The position numbers and the translations under genes are program-made. A DNA stretch of 64,000 nt, taken from assembly GCA_963693365.1 (NCBI GenBank), contig CAVNZM010000001.1, positions 440,425 through 504,424 of the forward strand, in the 5' to 3' direction. Of the stretch, positions 25,525-46,432 are shown in pieces (the stretch's first letter is position 1; the number at the start of each line of letters is the position of its first letter). This DNA comes from Amoebidium appalachense. Taxonomy: Eukaryota > Protista > Ichthyosporea. The notes under the pieces are model-generated. The model did not search any database, was not told where the DNA came from, and saw only the letters and a list, made by a program, of their open reading frames with translations.

Positions 25525-26779
25525 ATTGTTCGATGTAGTGTCAGAGTGGTGCAAGGCAAACCTTATGATCCTTAACATAGACAAATGTGGTGTTCTTGTA
25601 CCTGATATAGCTAACAATTTACACACATTTACATTATCATCTAAACCTGTACCTATAGTTCCAGAATACAAATATCTTGGTGTTCCGGTTGATTCTGTTG
25701 GTGTTATGTTTCCCCATATGGTCGAAAAGAGGGTAGAGTTGGCTCGTAAGCGGTTAGCTTTCTTCTCGGCTAATATTTTTAAAGACACACCCCTCCATCC
25801 TTCTATTAGACTTACATTTATTCGCACTTTTGTCTTCCCGGCATGTGAATATGGTTTACCCCTTCTCGCCGCTTGGATCAAGAAAGAGAGAACTAGAGCG
25901 CTTAAACCCTTGGCAAATTTCCTTGAAGCAGAAGTTGCCTCCTTTCTATCTAACAACTGTTGTAAACCTGGGCCTGTAACGCTCTCGATATATGGTCTGG
26001 TCCCAATAGCTGCTAGAGTATCCTATCTCGCGCTGAAATTCAATAAGCACATAAGCCGCTTAAAGAAGTATTTGCCCTCCCACCCTCTCTTCTCTATCCG
26101 ACCTGTCCCCTCCTCACCTCTCCCCTCTTTCCTCCCCTCTCTCTCCCCTTCTCCCCTGGGCACAAATACAAATAAACCCCGCAATAGTGTGTGTGTGACT
26201 TTGGACTGCCACTTACTTATTAAACATGTACACAATCACAAGATAACCACGCAATATAACAAATGGAAAAAGATACCACACGACACTAGACCCGATGAAA
26301 GCATACACCTTGAAAAACTAAGCCTTATGTCTCGTTTTATATATACTGACCGCCTCAACCATATTGCCAAATATGGCACTCGCAAGTGTATAACACCTAA
26401 ATACATATTACCTTCCTGTAGAACTGGTCTTTCTCTAGCTGATGGTATTATTGATCAATTACCACGCTTTTACTGTACACGTGCTATACAGTGGAGATCT
26501 AATAAGTATAAGGTGGCATCATTTGCATGCCCAAACAACACACACACACACCAGTTTAACCGGTCATGTATCGCCAAATGTAGTTTGATAGACCACATAA
26601 TACCGCAACACACACACGTCACATTCACAACAGACACCCAGAAAGATAGCCTACCTGTAAATTACAACATCCTTGATTTTATACTAAACACGCGTAACTA
26701 CGACCTGTTTATTAGATGTATTGATTGGCTTGAGAAACACATCACTACAAAATTATAGCGCACGCGCACACACACACAC

Positions 26780-26836
<57 letters not shown>

Positions 26837-26868
26837 CCAGCTGATACCGAGTGTCCCGAGGGGAGCCC

Positions 26869-26907
<39 letters not shown>
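25525..26907 (+). mobile_element. LINE family A, copy 2: 5'-truncated 3' fragment (RT thumb + C-terminus, stop at 26758), then (CA)n and a poly(A) run
   Basis: Near-identical to the reverse complement of 1-1219, except a 6-bp in-frame deletion near 26510. Contains YKYLGV. Poly-A at 26873-26907 is the probable tail. Confidence 0.88.
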
Positions 26908-26908
<1 letters not shown>

Positions 26909-27745
26909 GGGGAACCCCAACTAATTGATTTCTCCTTGTAGTCTTTATGGTGTCTCGTAGAGAAAGTAAACCCTGATATATAGTCACCACCCGACATCTA
27001 TGTACGTGATCATGATATACCGCTGAGGGGATATTCCGAGCAAAACCCCCCCCCATACCTGAGACTGGTTCTCTTTGCCTCGAGTAAACAGCGTAAACCC
27101 CGTATGCATATGCACCTGAGCTAGCGCTGGGCTCGAGCTCCTAGCTAGAGCAAGGGTATATCGAATAACACGTACACGTACACATGCACATGCATTCACG
27201 TGCGCATAGGTTTTTCAAAAATTAAATTTCTGCAATATCAAGTTCTAGGGTTAGCTGGCCACGGGTGGATGTCAGTGGAGGGTCTGCCTGTGTGTGTGTA
27301 CGTGTATGTTTGTGCGTGCGTGTGTCTGAGTCACTGTTTGGGAGAGACGGGGGGAGGGGGGGGGGGGGGGGGGGGGGGGGCACGAAATATATTAATACAC
27401 GCGTGTGCACAGTGATTTGCCACTGCCATATTATTAAACGAGATACACAGCATACGGTACAGAGAGAGAGATCAACCAGTGATCCATGAGAATATGGAAC
27501 ATGAAATATTCGTAAACTCATGCAAGATACATATACCGTGCACACAGAGAAATAAAGATCCAGTTTTCAGATGCACAGAGAGAAATCCAAAATCCAGTTT
27601 TCAGATAAGATTTTGGGTCTTCACCTGCAAAGCTAAATAAGTTATACTAAGTCGTCATTCATTAAAAAAAACTCCCTACATACAAGGCTGTGTAATCAGC
27701 TGTTGAATAAATACGTACTTCACACACATTCAAACTGGAACATAT

Positions 27746-28176
27746 TTACAACTCAATCATTAAATCAGGTGTGCCTTTCACCTCACCCACACCTCCACTC
27801 AACAACTCACATCCCACAGCCGCGTTCTCCCCCACACATCCCGTTTTTGGCGGCACGTGAGCCTGCAGGAAAGCCATTGCTGCAGCATTGTTGACTTGAA
27901 TGGAGCGGAGTGGATCGGCGGGGCCTGCCATAAAAGGAATGTGCCGCAATATCCAATGGGGGAGGAGCAGTGGCAAATCTGATTGGTTCTGGTGGCGGGT
28001 GCCCTTGACAACGGCCTTGAGAGCATAGGGCACGTCGGCAAGGCCTTTGGTGGTGGCTGTGTGTGCGTGTGCGCAGGTGTGTGTGTGTGTGTGTGTGTGT
28101 TGAGAGGGTGTAGTAGTGAATAACGTGGGTGCACATGAGTGCGTGTGTATGCTAGTGCCACACCATATGTGCATGC

Positions 28177-28207
<31 letters not shown>

Positions 28208-28415
28208 CCACGGTATGTGTAAATATGGGAGAGGGAATGGGATTGGTCAGAAATTTTTGTAACAGTGTGCAGGTGGCGGGAGGAGAGGGAAGGGAGCAGT
28301 CAAGGCAAAGACCCCGAGAGGAGGAGGTGGGGAGAGGGGGAGGGGAGGGGGTTTGAATGCGTCAAAAAGTACGAAATACACAAGAACAAACGGATAAAGT
28401 AGATGAGTATAAAGG

Positions 28416-28459
<44 letters not shown>

Positions 28460-29646
28460 ACACAAGAACAAACGGATAACACGATGCAGAATGCAAGCCA
28501 TACATAAAGAGTATGCATAATAAGCAGAGCCCATCCTCAGGGGGGGCCCACGTCATCCACAGTACCCGAGTTTCGACCTATTCCCCTCGTTAACGAAACC
28601 CAACTCAGATACTGTTTCACTTGAACATGAGTAGGTCACCCGTCTTGATCAGAGACGAGCAGGGTTGCTTATGCAGGCAAGGGCAGTGGGAAAGGCCGGG
28701 GGTTAAAGTTGCAGCAGTAAGCAGAAGCAAGAAAAATAGGGGGTTGGTAAGAAGGCTAGGTACCGAGAGAGTCAGGTGGTGCAGATATCAAACAGATTCT
28801 TTGCTGTGTGTGCGAGTGCGTGTGGGGGAGGGGGGGGAGGGAGGGGGGAAGAGGGGGGCTGTTATCTGCACCACTCATTTCACAATCACACTCTCTTACG
28901 GTTTTGGCATTACTAATGGGGGAGGGGAGGGGGGGGGAGGGGGGAGGGGAGAGGGGGGATAGGGGTGGATTAGAACGAATTCAGAGTGTATGAAGTACAC
29001 ATTCATGACCATGGGGGGGGGAGGGGGGGGGGGGGGGGGGGAGGGAGTCAAGGCTGTTGTGGCTCAACAATGAAGCTGTGAGTGTGTCTTTTTTGCGCAA
29101 TAGCACGCAAGAGTATGTGTGTGTGTATGTGTGTGTGTGCAGGGGGGGGGGGGAGGGGGGGGGGGGAGAGAGAGAAGGGAAGGATGAACAGATGTGTGTG
29201 TGTGTGCATGTATACATGCGAGCCTCCGGAGTAAGAAATGAGGTGCTGCGTGCACCTACCGTTTTCTCTCGATGCCTTCACCATACTTGCAATGCTCGCG
29301 TCATTCTCAGCCCAAGTGAAAGTCTGTGTGTTGATAAAGCACGTCGGGACGGGGAGGGGCAGCACATCCAACCCCTTATCAAGAGGGAAGCACCACGCGT
29401 CCATTGCAATCGCACACTTGAAACGTTTCACTTCGTGCACCACTGCCAGTGTAGTTGCACTACCGAATGAATGGCCTGCCATCACCAATCGAGAAAAATC
29501 TAGTCTATTATGAAAGGAAGTCTGCTGTGTAAGTTTGATTCCGTGGGGCGCGTCTTGAAGCACACACGGAACGCTGTCTCCACGGTTGAGGGAATCGAGT
29601 AGTTTGATCGTCTGGGTGACTTCTTGGACACGGTGCTTGATCTGTC

Positions 29647-29685
<39 letters not shown>

Positions 29686-30139
29686 CGTTTTTTTGTTTGT
29701 GTGTGTGTGATGGAAGGACGGGTTGTGGTCTGTGTGTGAGTGAGAGCACACGTTGGGATGAAGAGGTTTAGAATGCGTTACAGAGTATGAAGTACACGGG
29801 GGGAGGGGGGGGGAGGGAGGAAGGGGTAGGTGTATGGGCATGCAGTGTTCTTATACACAGGGAGCTGGAGGGAGACATAGGGAGAAGGGGGGAGGGACGA
29901 GGGAGGGGGGGGGGGGGGGGGGAGGTTAGGCGGAGATGAATGCATGAGAGGGCAGAAAGAAACCAATAACAAAGATGATATCGGAAGGACAACAGGGGCG
30001 TCGGGGGGGGGGGAGGGGGGGACACTAATACGGATATGTTGTCGAGGTGGGAGATGGAAAAATCGAGTAGTGGCAGTACGTGTGTGGGGTAACGAGATGC
30101 ACCCAGTGGGTGGGGCAGGCCCCGGGGGAAAAGGGGGAA

Positions 30140-30176
<37 letters not shown>

Positions 30177-30444
30177 AAGAAGAAAAAACGAACGAAAGAC
30201 CGGTGAAGGCATCAGGAGAGAGCAGGGTGCACAATCAGGGACATCTTTTTCCTGCCAATCTACAGAGGCATACTAAATAGAATCACAAACACATATGGGG
30301 ATCGATTAAAGGGGTGAAAGAAGAAGGGTGCGTGTGTGTATGCGTGTATGGGGGGGGGGGGGGGGGGGGGGGGGGGTTACGAACGGAGTAACAAGAGAAA
30401 GAAAACAACTCACAAGTCTTTGATGACAAAAGCAAAGTTCGTGG

Positions 30445-30480
<36 letters not shown>

Positions 30481-31219
30481 GTTCGTGGGGAAGAGGGGGG
30501 AGGGGGGAAGGGGGGATGTATGCATTGGAGGGTTGGAAAAATGGAGGGCGGAACATCAAAGGACAGAACACGAAAAGCCTAAAAAAAACGAATGCTTGGA
30601 GAGGCCCCGGGGAGCGTTGAGGGGGGGAGGGTGATACCTGGCTGTTTCTGAAATTGAACTGGTCCTCGTCTGGCTGTGGCCTCTGGTAGGGCACTGGCCC
30701 CTGGTCTGTGGTGAGCGCCATGGATGCACTCCCATCCCTGTGCTCAATCGCAGCAACCACCCACCCATGACTTGCCATGTCGGTACAAAAGTAGCTGTAT
30801 GTGGTTCTCATTCCACCCAACCCGTGTGAGAATACCATAACGGGAAGTGTGTCTGGTGCGGATGTGACACCTGCATCTCTACCAGCAGCAACCTTCTGTG
30901 CCGAAACGAGGGGGTAGTCTGGCACGACAGGCATGAGAATACGGCCGAGTGTGGATAGGACTGCAGGCACACCAACAAACGCTGGCATCTTCACGAAACT
31001 TCCATATCCCTGTGCATAGCGCCATGACGGCAACCAATAGACTGGGCTGGGTACTGTGACCGTTCTTTCATTATCTGCAACTAGTGCATCTGGTGTGGCT
31101 CCGGCTTTTAACTCGCACGGATAGTATAGCCGCACCAAAACAGGATAGTCTGTGTTGCCCTGTTCGTGGTCAGCCACACTGACTCTGAACGGCCCGGTGG
31201 GTTCTGGAACTGACATCAT
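27746..31219 (-). CDS. Platelet-activating factor acetylhydrolase (PAF-AH II / Lp-PLA2 family alpha/beta hydrolase), 3 exons traced
   Basis: Exons 31219-30638, 29641-29260 and 28044-27746, with consistent phases. Motifs VRLYYP, VFSHGLGGMRTTYS and IEHRDGSA; triad GHSFG / MDAW / HQNQSD. The frame is open further upstream to about 31347, so an extra 5' exon is possible. Confidence 0.92.
28351..28742 (-). repeat. Family S repeat, longest copy, in PAF-AH intron 2
   Basis: Aligns by eye with 21091-21270 and, as reverse complement, with 34678-34936 and 39232-39375. Carries a 61-nt poly-G insert flanked by a 21-bp duplication. Confidence 0.85.
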
Positions 31220-31661
31220 TGCTTGTGCTAGTGGCTGGGTGTTGTAAAAGTGTGGTCGCTTTACCGCTGCCGTGTTGCTGGAGAGGCGTGCTAATAGCGG
31301 TGCCTGGAACCTTCGTGATGTGCCCAAAACATAGGACACGCTGAGCCCTGTGTGTGTTGGTGTAAAGGAGTGTAGTGTCAGTAGGGTAGAGAGGGCAAGG
31401 GTGTTTGGAGGTTTAGGTAGGGGAGCAAGGAATATGGGAGGGTAGAGTTGGAGGTGAGGAAAGGGGTGGGGGGAAGGGGGGGGGGGGGGGGGGGGTTACG
31501 TGAACATGTGCGACATTCTTAGCCAATAGGGAGAAGGGACGACTGTGTCCAGGAAGAGAAATAACGGAGGGTTCAGAAAGTAGAGGCAAGGTGGTCGTGA
31601 AAAATTCAGTCATATTTTCCTTCTTCCTCTTCTTTTGTTTATTCTTTATTTTCATAGTGTG

Positions 31662-31770
<109 letters not shown>

Positions 31771-32264
31771 TGTTGTGTGTTGGAGAGGGGACGTCGGTTG
31801 AGGGGCAAGTTCACGAGAGTGCAGCATGCACAAGCTGTTTAAAACCGTAGAGTTGGCGAGAGGTGAGTAGAAGAAGAAGTCCATTGTGCGGAGAAACAGG
31901 ACGCGCAGGACAGCTGATGGGATACTTGGGTGCCCTTTGGAGATCTAGACAGAGGATCTTGGGTGTGCGCGTGCGCTTGCGTGTGTGCGCGTGTGTGCGT
32001 GTGTCCGCATGTGTGTAACAAGGGGGGGGGGGGGGGGGGGGGGGGAAGGGAGGGAGGGATGGATCTCGGCCATTGCAGGGTGCCTTATGCTCAAAAAAAG
32101 CAATTTTTAAAGTCATGTTCGCCTTGCCTAACTCATAACAACAACGCCAAAAACCTACAATTTAGCTGTCACTTACCCGTCATGAATGGAGTCAAAAGTA
32201 CTGAGTGGATTGGAACTTGTCGAGTTGGTTTTATACTGTCGCACAACATAGGCGGCCGGATGAT

Positions 32265-32576
32265 CAGGGGTGTAGCGACTTGACTTCAAGTCGCGACTTG
32301 AAGTCACCAAGCACCCTGACTTCAACCAAGTCAAGTCAGGTCACGAGGCCTGACATAGGAGTGACTTGAAGGGGGGAGGGGGGATTGGGGCGAGGAAGCA
32401 TATGAGGGTGGGTTGGAAGGGGGGGCGCAATGCCCGCCCGTGGCCCAGCCGGCCACTGGTGGGCTAAAAATAGTACTCCTCCAAGTCGCGACTTCAAGTC
32501 AAGTCAAGTCATCAAACCGAGCATACAATTATAGCTATAAGTCAAGTCAAGTCGTTGAGGCTCTGCCACACCCCCG
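32265..32576. mobile_element. MITE-like element with hAT-like ends and GACTT/AAGTC subterminal repeats
   Basis: Ends CAGGGGTGTAGC and reverse complement CGGGGGTGTGGC (10/12 match). Many GACTT/AAGTC pentamers; the palindrome CAAGTCGCGACTT occurs near both halves. No clean TSD. Confidence 0.55.
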
Positions 32577-33272
32577 CTGATTGGCCCATGTGATTCAACC
32601 GATCAGGGGTTGAATTAAAGTCAATGACCGGGACCCAAAAGTGCATCCAAAGACTGAACTATTCGGAAGCAAAGATGAGTATAGTGCAACGCTGCGAGGT
32701 ATCGTGTGGGCCAAAAAATGAAGCCAATACCAATTTTTATTTGAATATCCCTCGGCATAGCCTTTTACTTTGAACTATAATGGAAAAGGGGTGGTATCCA
32801 AGAAAAAGTCAGCATTTCGGAACGCTTTCGAAATTCGGAGGCCTGCTCCTGGAGCCCTGCTCCTGACCACAAGGCTCGAAATCTGAGTCGGTCACACATG
32901 ACAAACTCTGCAAAAAAAAAAAGAGAGGGAGCCAAATTTAAAAAAAAAAAAGGTATTACTTGAGGGTGCCTCGCGAGCACGGTAACCACGGTTTTCCCTA
33001 CTCAAGACCGTCCGTGACCCTGGGCAGGCCACTGGCCTTGGCTGCCAGCTGCAGGTGCGCGCCAACATCTCAATGCTGGATCGCCCGATCTGCGATACCG
33101 GTCCCTGAGATCGGTCTGCGTACGGTGACGGTTGGGATTTGCGATCGATCCGGACGGCGAACCACACGCAGTGTACGTGACTGAGTACGTCGTACATGTA
33201 GGCAGGCCCCCGTGTAGGCCATGTAGGAACGGGTTGGCGTGGGGTTGTTTCACCCACGTCGTTGTGTTTGAG

Positions 33273-42658
<9,386 letters not shown>

Positions 42659-42842
42659 CGAGGCTTGATAAGCAAGGGTGTGAACACTTGAACCAGAGGG
42701 GTAGATTGATGATCTGATGCCTGTGGCGGGACCATGCTGTATCTTGTTGGTGTAGGTTGACGAATGGCTGCAGTTACTGTTTTTTATGTTATTATTTCGG
42801 GCGTAGGGGTGGGGTGGGTTGGTGGTGGTGGTGTGTGTGTGT

Positions 42843-42881
<39 letters not shown>

Positions 42882-43117
42882 CGTCTCTCCGATTTACTAC
42901 TTACTGGTCGGATGCATGTAGGGCTAAGATAGCCCTAAGTTAGCCCTAATAGCCCTGATGGCCTTTCGGTATGTACGTTGCATGCAGGGCTATCCAGCTA
43001 ATTTGGAATGTAATCTGAATCGGCGCCGCGATTGGGATAAGACTAACCAATGGAGATCTAGAATCAAATCGGTCTAGCCAATCAAGCCACTAGGGCTATT
43101 TGGGCTAGTTTAGACGG

Positions 43118-43150
<33 letters not shown>

Positions 43151-43151
43151 A

Positions 43152-43195
43152 GCTTACGTAAGTGGGCAGGCACTACTAGTACTACGCCACGGCAA

Positions 43196-43231
<36 letters not shown>

Positions 43232-43254
43232 CGCAGGGAAGACAGCACTGAGTG

Positions 43255-43297
<43 letters not shown>

Positions 43298-43433
43298 CCC
43301 CCCAAACCCTAAACCGCGGGTGATTCAGGGCTAAATGTAGTCACTTTGAGTGACTGTCTCCCTGCGGCCCGGCTCAACATACCTTGTATGTTGCCGTCCC
43401 GCGGCGTAGTAGTTCCCGGCCACTCACGTAAGC
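43152..43433. repeat. Foldback (long imperfect inverted repeat), possibly a MITE
   Basis: gcttacgtaagtgg...ctacgcc..acggcaaca pairs with tgttgccgt...ggcgtagtag...ccactcacgtaagc. ggccgcaggga.gacag pairs with ctgtctccctgcggcc. Confidence 0.7.
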
Positions 43434-44039
43434 CAGTGGGTACATAGCCTTGGAGACACGGCCATCTAGAAACACCTCAGTGACATGCATCCGACCACTA
43501 GTAAACTTATATCACTGAGTGGTCCTGTGATCCACTGTTTCGTGTTCTGATTTTTTTTGGTGATACGCCTTGTCGATGGCACAAAAAGATCTTTTACCAC
43601 CAAAGCGATATTATTATATATAATGGAACTTGATAGAAGTTCTTGCTTTTCATGCCCTGTTTTGCACAACTGACTATTAGTGCCTTTTTAAGGGGGTTTC
43701 TTTTAGGTTTTCGGGCCGGGCCGGGTCAGAGGGAATTCTAGCTATATGATTGGCGTGCTGCGCATATGCATTAACTGCGCACCATCGTTTTGCCCGCCGC
43801 AAGGTTCAGATGCGCCATAATACAACCAAAAAGAAAAAGAAAAGAGAAAAATAAAGGAATAAAGAAGGGTATAAATTGCAGTTAATACCGTGATTTATAT
43901 GCTGAACAAATGGCTTGATGTGCTGGAATGGGGACAATTAATCGGCCTAGTACGGCAGGAAGGTTGCTCGCTGGCGTGGGGGCCAAAAGCGAGACATCCT
44001 TAAAGTTTGGGACTTAGGTGTAGAGGCTTCGTTTGGTCC

Positions 44040-44512
44040 GGATGTCCACCCTCAGCCTGGAGTTCGGGCACTCAGGCAGAGAAGGTGGCAGCAGCCTTAC
44101 GTAAGCCGTTACGACAAGCAGACCTATTGGCTACCATCTGCAAGATCGATCGGGTCGGTCAATCAGTCCAAGTCGTTCTCGGGCCGGGTCATACCAACCC
44201 GGAACAGCCAGCGGCCTCAGCGCCGCAGTGGCCATTAGATAGGCCTCCCCTCGACCCAGTATTTTACGCCAGATTCGGTGTGGGCCATGCTCGCCCGATA
44301 TCCCTCTCGGAAAGCGTGTGGTCCCGATGGTATTCCGTGTGCACTATTTAAAATCCTTGTCCCGCCCCGGCCAGACAAGGAAGAAGAGCGTCCACCACCA
44401 CCCCTGTTGACGGTTATTCTGAGCACGCTTTTCACCTGGTTCTACAATACAGGTATGATTCCCTCACCGTGAACGTTAGACACTCTGGTGGTTCCCATTC
44501 GGAAGGACTCGG
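44040..44512 (+). mobile_element. Degenerate LINE relic related to family B (linker and RT N-terminus, internally deleted)
   Basis: AAALRKPL...KIDR, WAMLARYPSRKACGPDGIPCALFKILVPPRPDKEE and LDTLVVPIRKDS parallel LINE-B ORF2. Ends at an LTR boundary. Confidence 0.8.
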
Positions 44513-45457
44513 CGTAAAATTGTATAAGTATTTGGGACGGAAGCAGCGACACAGTGGTGCAGTGTGAAAACACCACAGACACACAACAACGAAACACGGA
44601 ACGATCGGAGCAGTGTACACAACAAACATCAATGTTTAGACACGACTGAACTCAATTTATTTCGATCTCGCATATATACTTGAAATTCCCTTAAGTCAAA
44701 TCCATACATGATTTCCGACCAGTCGGAAATCAGATCATTGTCTAAAGTAACCAATCACAATTAACTGATTATTTCCCGGATAGATCCGGAGACACAGGAA
44801 CGCACACCATAGGTCACAGCTATAGGAAAGTATTGAGGTGAAAAGTAACGAGGAAAGAGGTGATGTTTCTAACCTATCGCCGGCTACAAAGACTCAGACA
44901 TTTTCTGACTAAACTACTGATTGGATACTGTAACAGCACGGCAACACACAAAACTAAAGTGGTTGACTAAGCTATGAATCATACATGATGAGCTAAAGTG
45001 TAGCCTAAGTGTTTTTCTACCAATCAAAACATAACGAGTAATATAAATCTACTCAACGTATAGTAGTGAAAAAATAAATATAATTATGTGAAAGAAAACA
45101 AGGGAGAAAAGAAAGAGAAAAAGAAAGAAGAAGGAGGAGGAAAGAGAAAAGAAGGCAGGACAGAAAACACGAACACAAAAACACAGTTGTAACCGAAGAT
45201 ATTCATGTCACATAAACATGTACACGTTTCTCCCTGAGTGGGTGGAAACGTGTACACACATATCAACATACTAACCAGTGATAAAATACACGATTAGGAC
45301 CTGATCTATTACGATTACATGTGTACAGATACATTGGAGATTGATGGGACATTTTCATAATGGGAGTGTGACATATGTACTAAGCACACAAACTGAAACA
45401 TAACATAGACTGAGAACTTGAAGATCTTACCTAATGTAGGTACTACGTACTACAACA
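44513..45457 (-). mobile_element. 3' LTR of LTR-retrotransposon family 1 (probably Copia), with PPT at 45458-45467
   Basis: Diverged reverse complement of the solo LTR 48928-49867. The minus strand reads TAAGTGGGGA|TGTTGTAGTACG. Internal region lost beyond about 45570. Confidence 0.8.
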
Positions 45458-45569
45458 TCCCCACTTAAGACTTTGAAGTTTGTGTTATCATATCCCCACT
45501 GAACTAGTGAAATCTCCCCACTTGAGAACAGCCTGAACAAAAAATAAAATTAAAGTGTGTACGTTTTCC

Positions 45570-45624
<55 letters not shown>

Positions 45625-45625
<1 letters not shown>

Positions 45626-46432
45626 GCCATCTTCCCATGATTATCGGCAAGACTTAGAAGTTGAGTTTTATATATGTTTATTAGTTTGTTTTAGTTTGTT
45701 TCCTTTTCCCCTTTTCCTTTCTTCCTTCCTTCCTTTCTTTCCTTTCTGTTTCCGTGTACACCGATATCTTAGATCTGTCACGGTGTACACATCGAGATAT
45801 TTAGCCCGCGCACACGTATTGTCATTTGTGTCAATATCTAAATATGTCATCCAATCAGATCTCGTTGTATTTTCCCAAATATTGTAACTTACATTCCTCA
45901 TTAATTCTATTCCGTTCCTTTCCCATTCCATTCCTTTCTATCCTCATTCCTTTCCCTTCTTTTCTCACGACGTAGCATTGTTCTATGTACTCCAACTATT
46001 AGGAATACTTATATTTAGACGTGTTATGTTAAGAACATGTATAAATGTATGATGTGAACTAATAGTTACATAAGTGGTTTCATTTTGTTAAATGTTTCCG
46101 TAGTTTTATTAGAAGATTTCTTTCATTAGAGGATTGTGTTTTATCTTCTATGTGTCGACAGGCATTTCGATCAATTTATTTTACACTCATAGTTTTCGTC
46201 TTTCTGATTGGAAAATAGAGTTTTCGTTCTTTTGATTGGTTTATCGATTTCACATTCCTAAGTATAAAAGGAACTTCATCTTGGAATAAATATCAAGCAG
46301 TCGAATCATTTCCTATGGCCCCAGTAATCCTTCCACCCCTCCGGTTGTGTTTCTCCCGTGTGTCTCTGTGTTGTGTATAACATAACACCCATCTGTGCAC
46401 TCTGCTTTCCCGTTTACCCACACAAGACAACA
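45625..46432 (+). mobile_element. 5' LTR of Copia family 2, followed by a copia-type PBS and a gag start
   Basis: TG...CA ends; direct repeat of 52356-53161. GGTTTACGGCCC at 46433 resembles the copia half-tRNAiMet PBS GGTTATGGGCCC. ATG at 46508 (MADKPSYINLPQW), disrupted at about 46724. Confidence 0.82.

Noticed and set aside
25034-26758. 574-aa ORF as a novel fusion protein
   Set aside because: Only 25525 onward is LINE-A ORF2; the N-terminal part is chance read-through of poly-G and CA repeats.
28530-28612. Hammerhead or HDV-like ribozyme in family S
   Set aside because: CTGAGGA and GAAAC are present, but stem II cannot form in the required register, and the HDV L3/P1.1/P4 elements are missing. 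Kept only as an unassigned structure.
43303-43315. Telomeric repeat (AAACCCTAAACC); likewise TTAGGC in the LINE-B 5' UTR
   Set aside because: One or a few isolated units, not an array.
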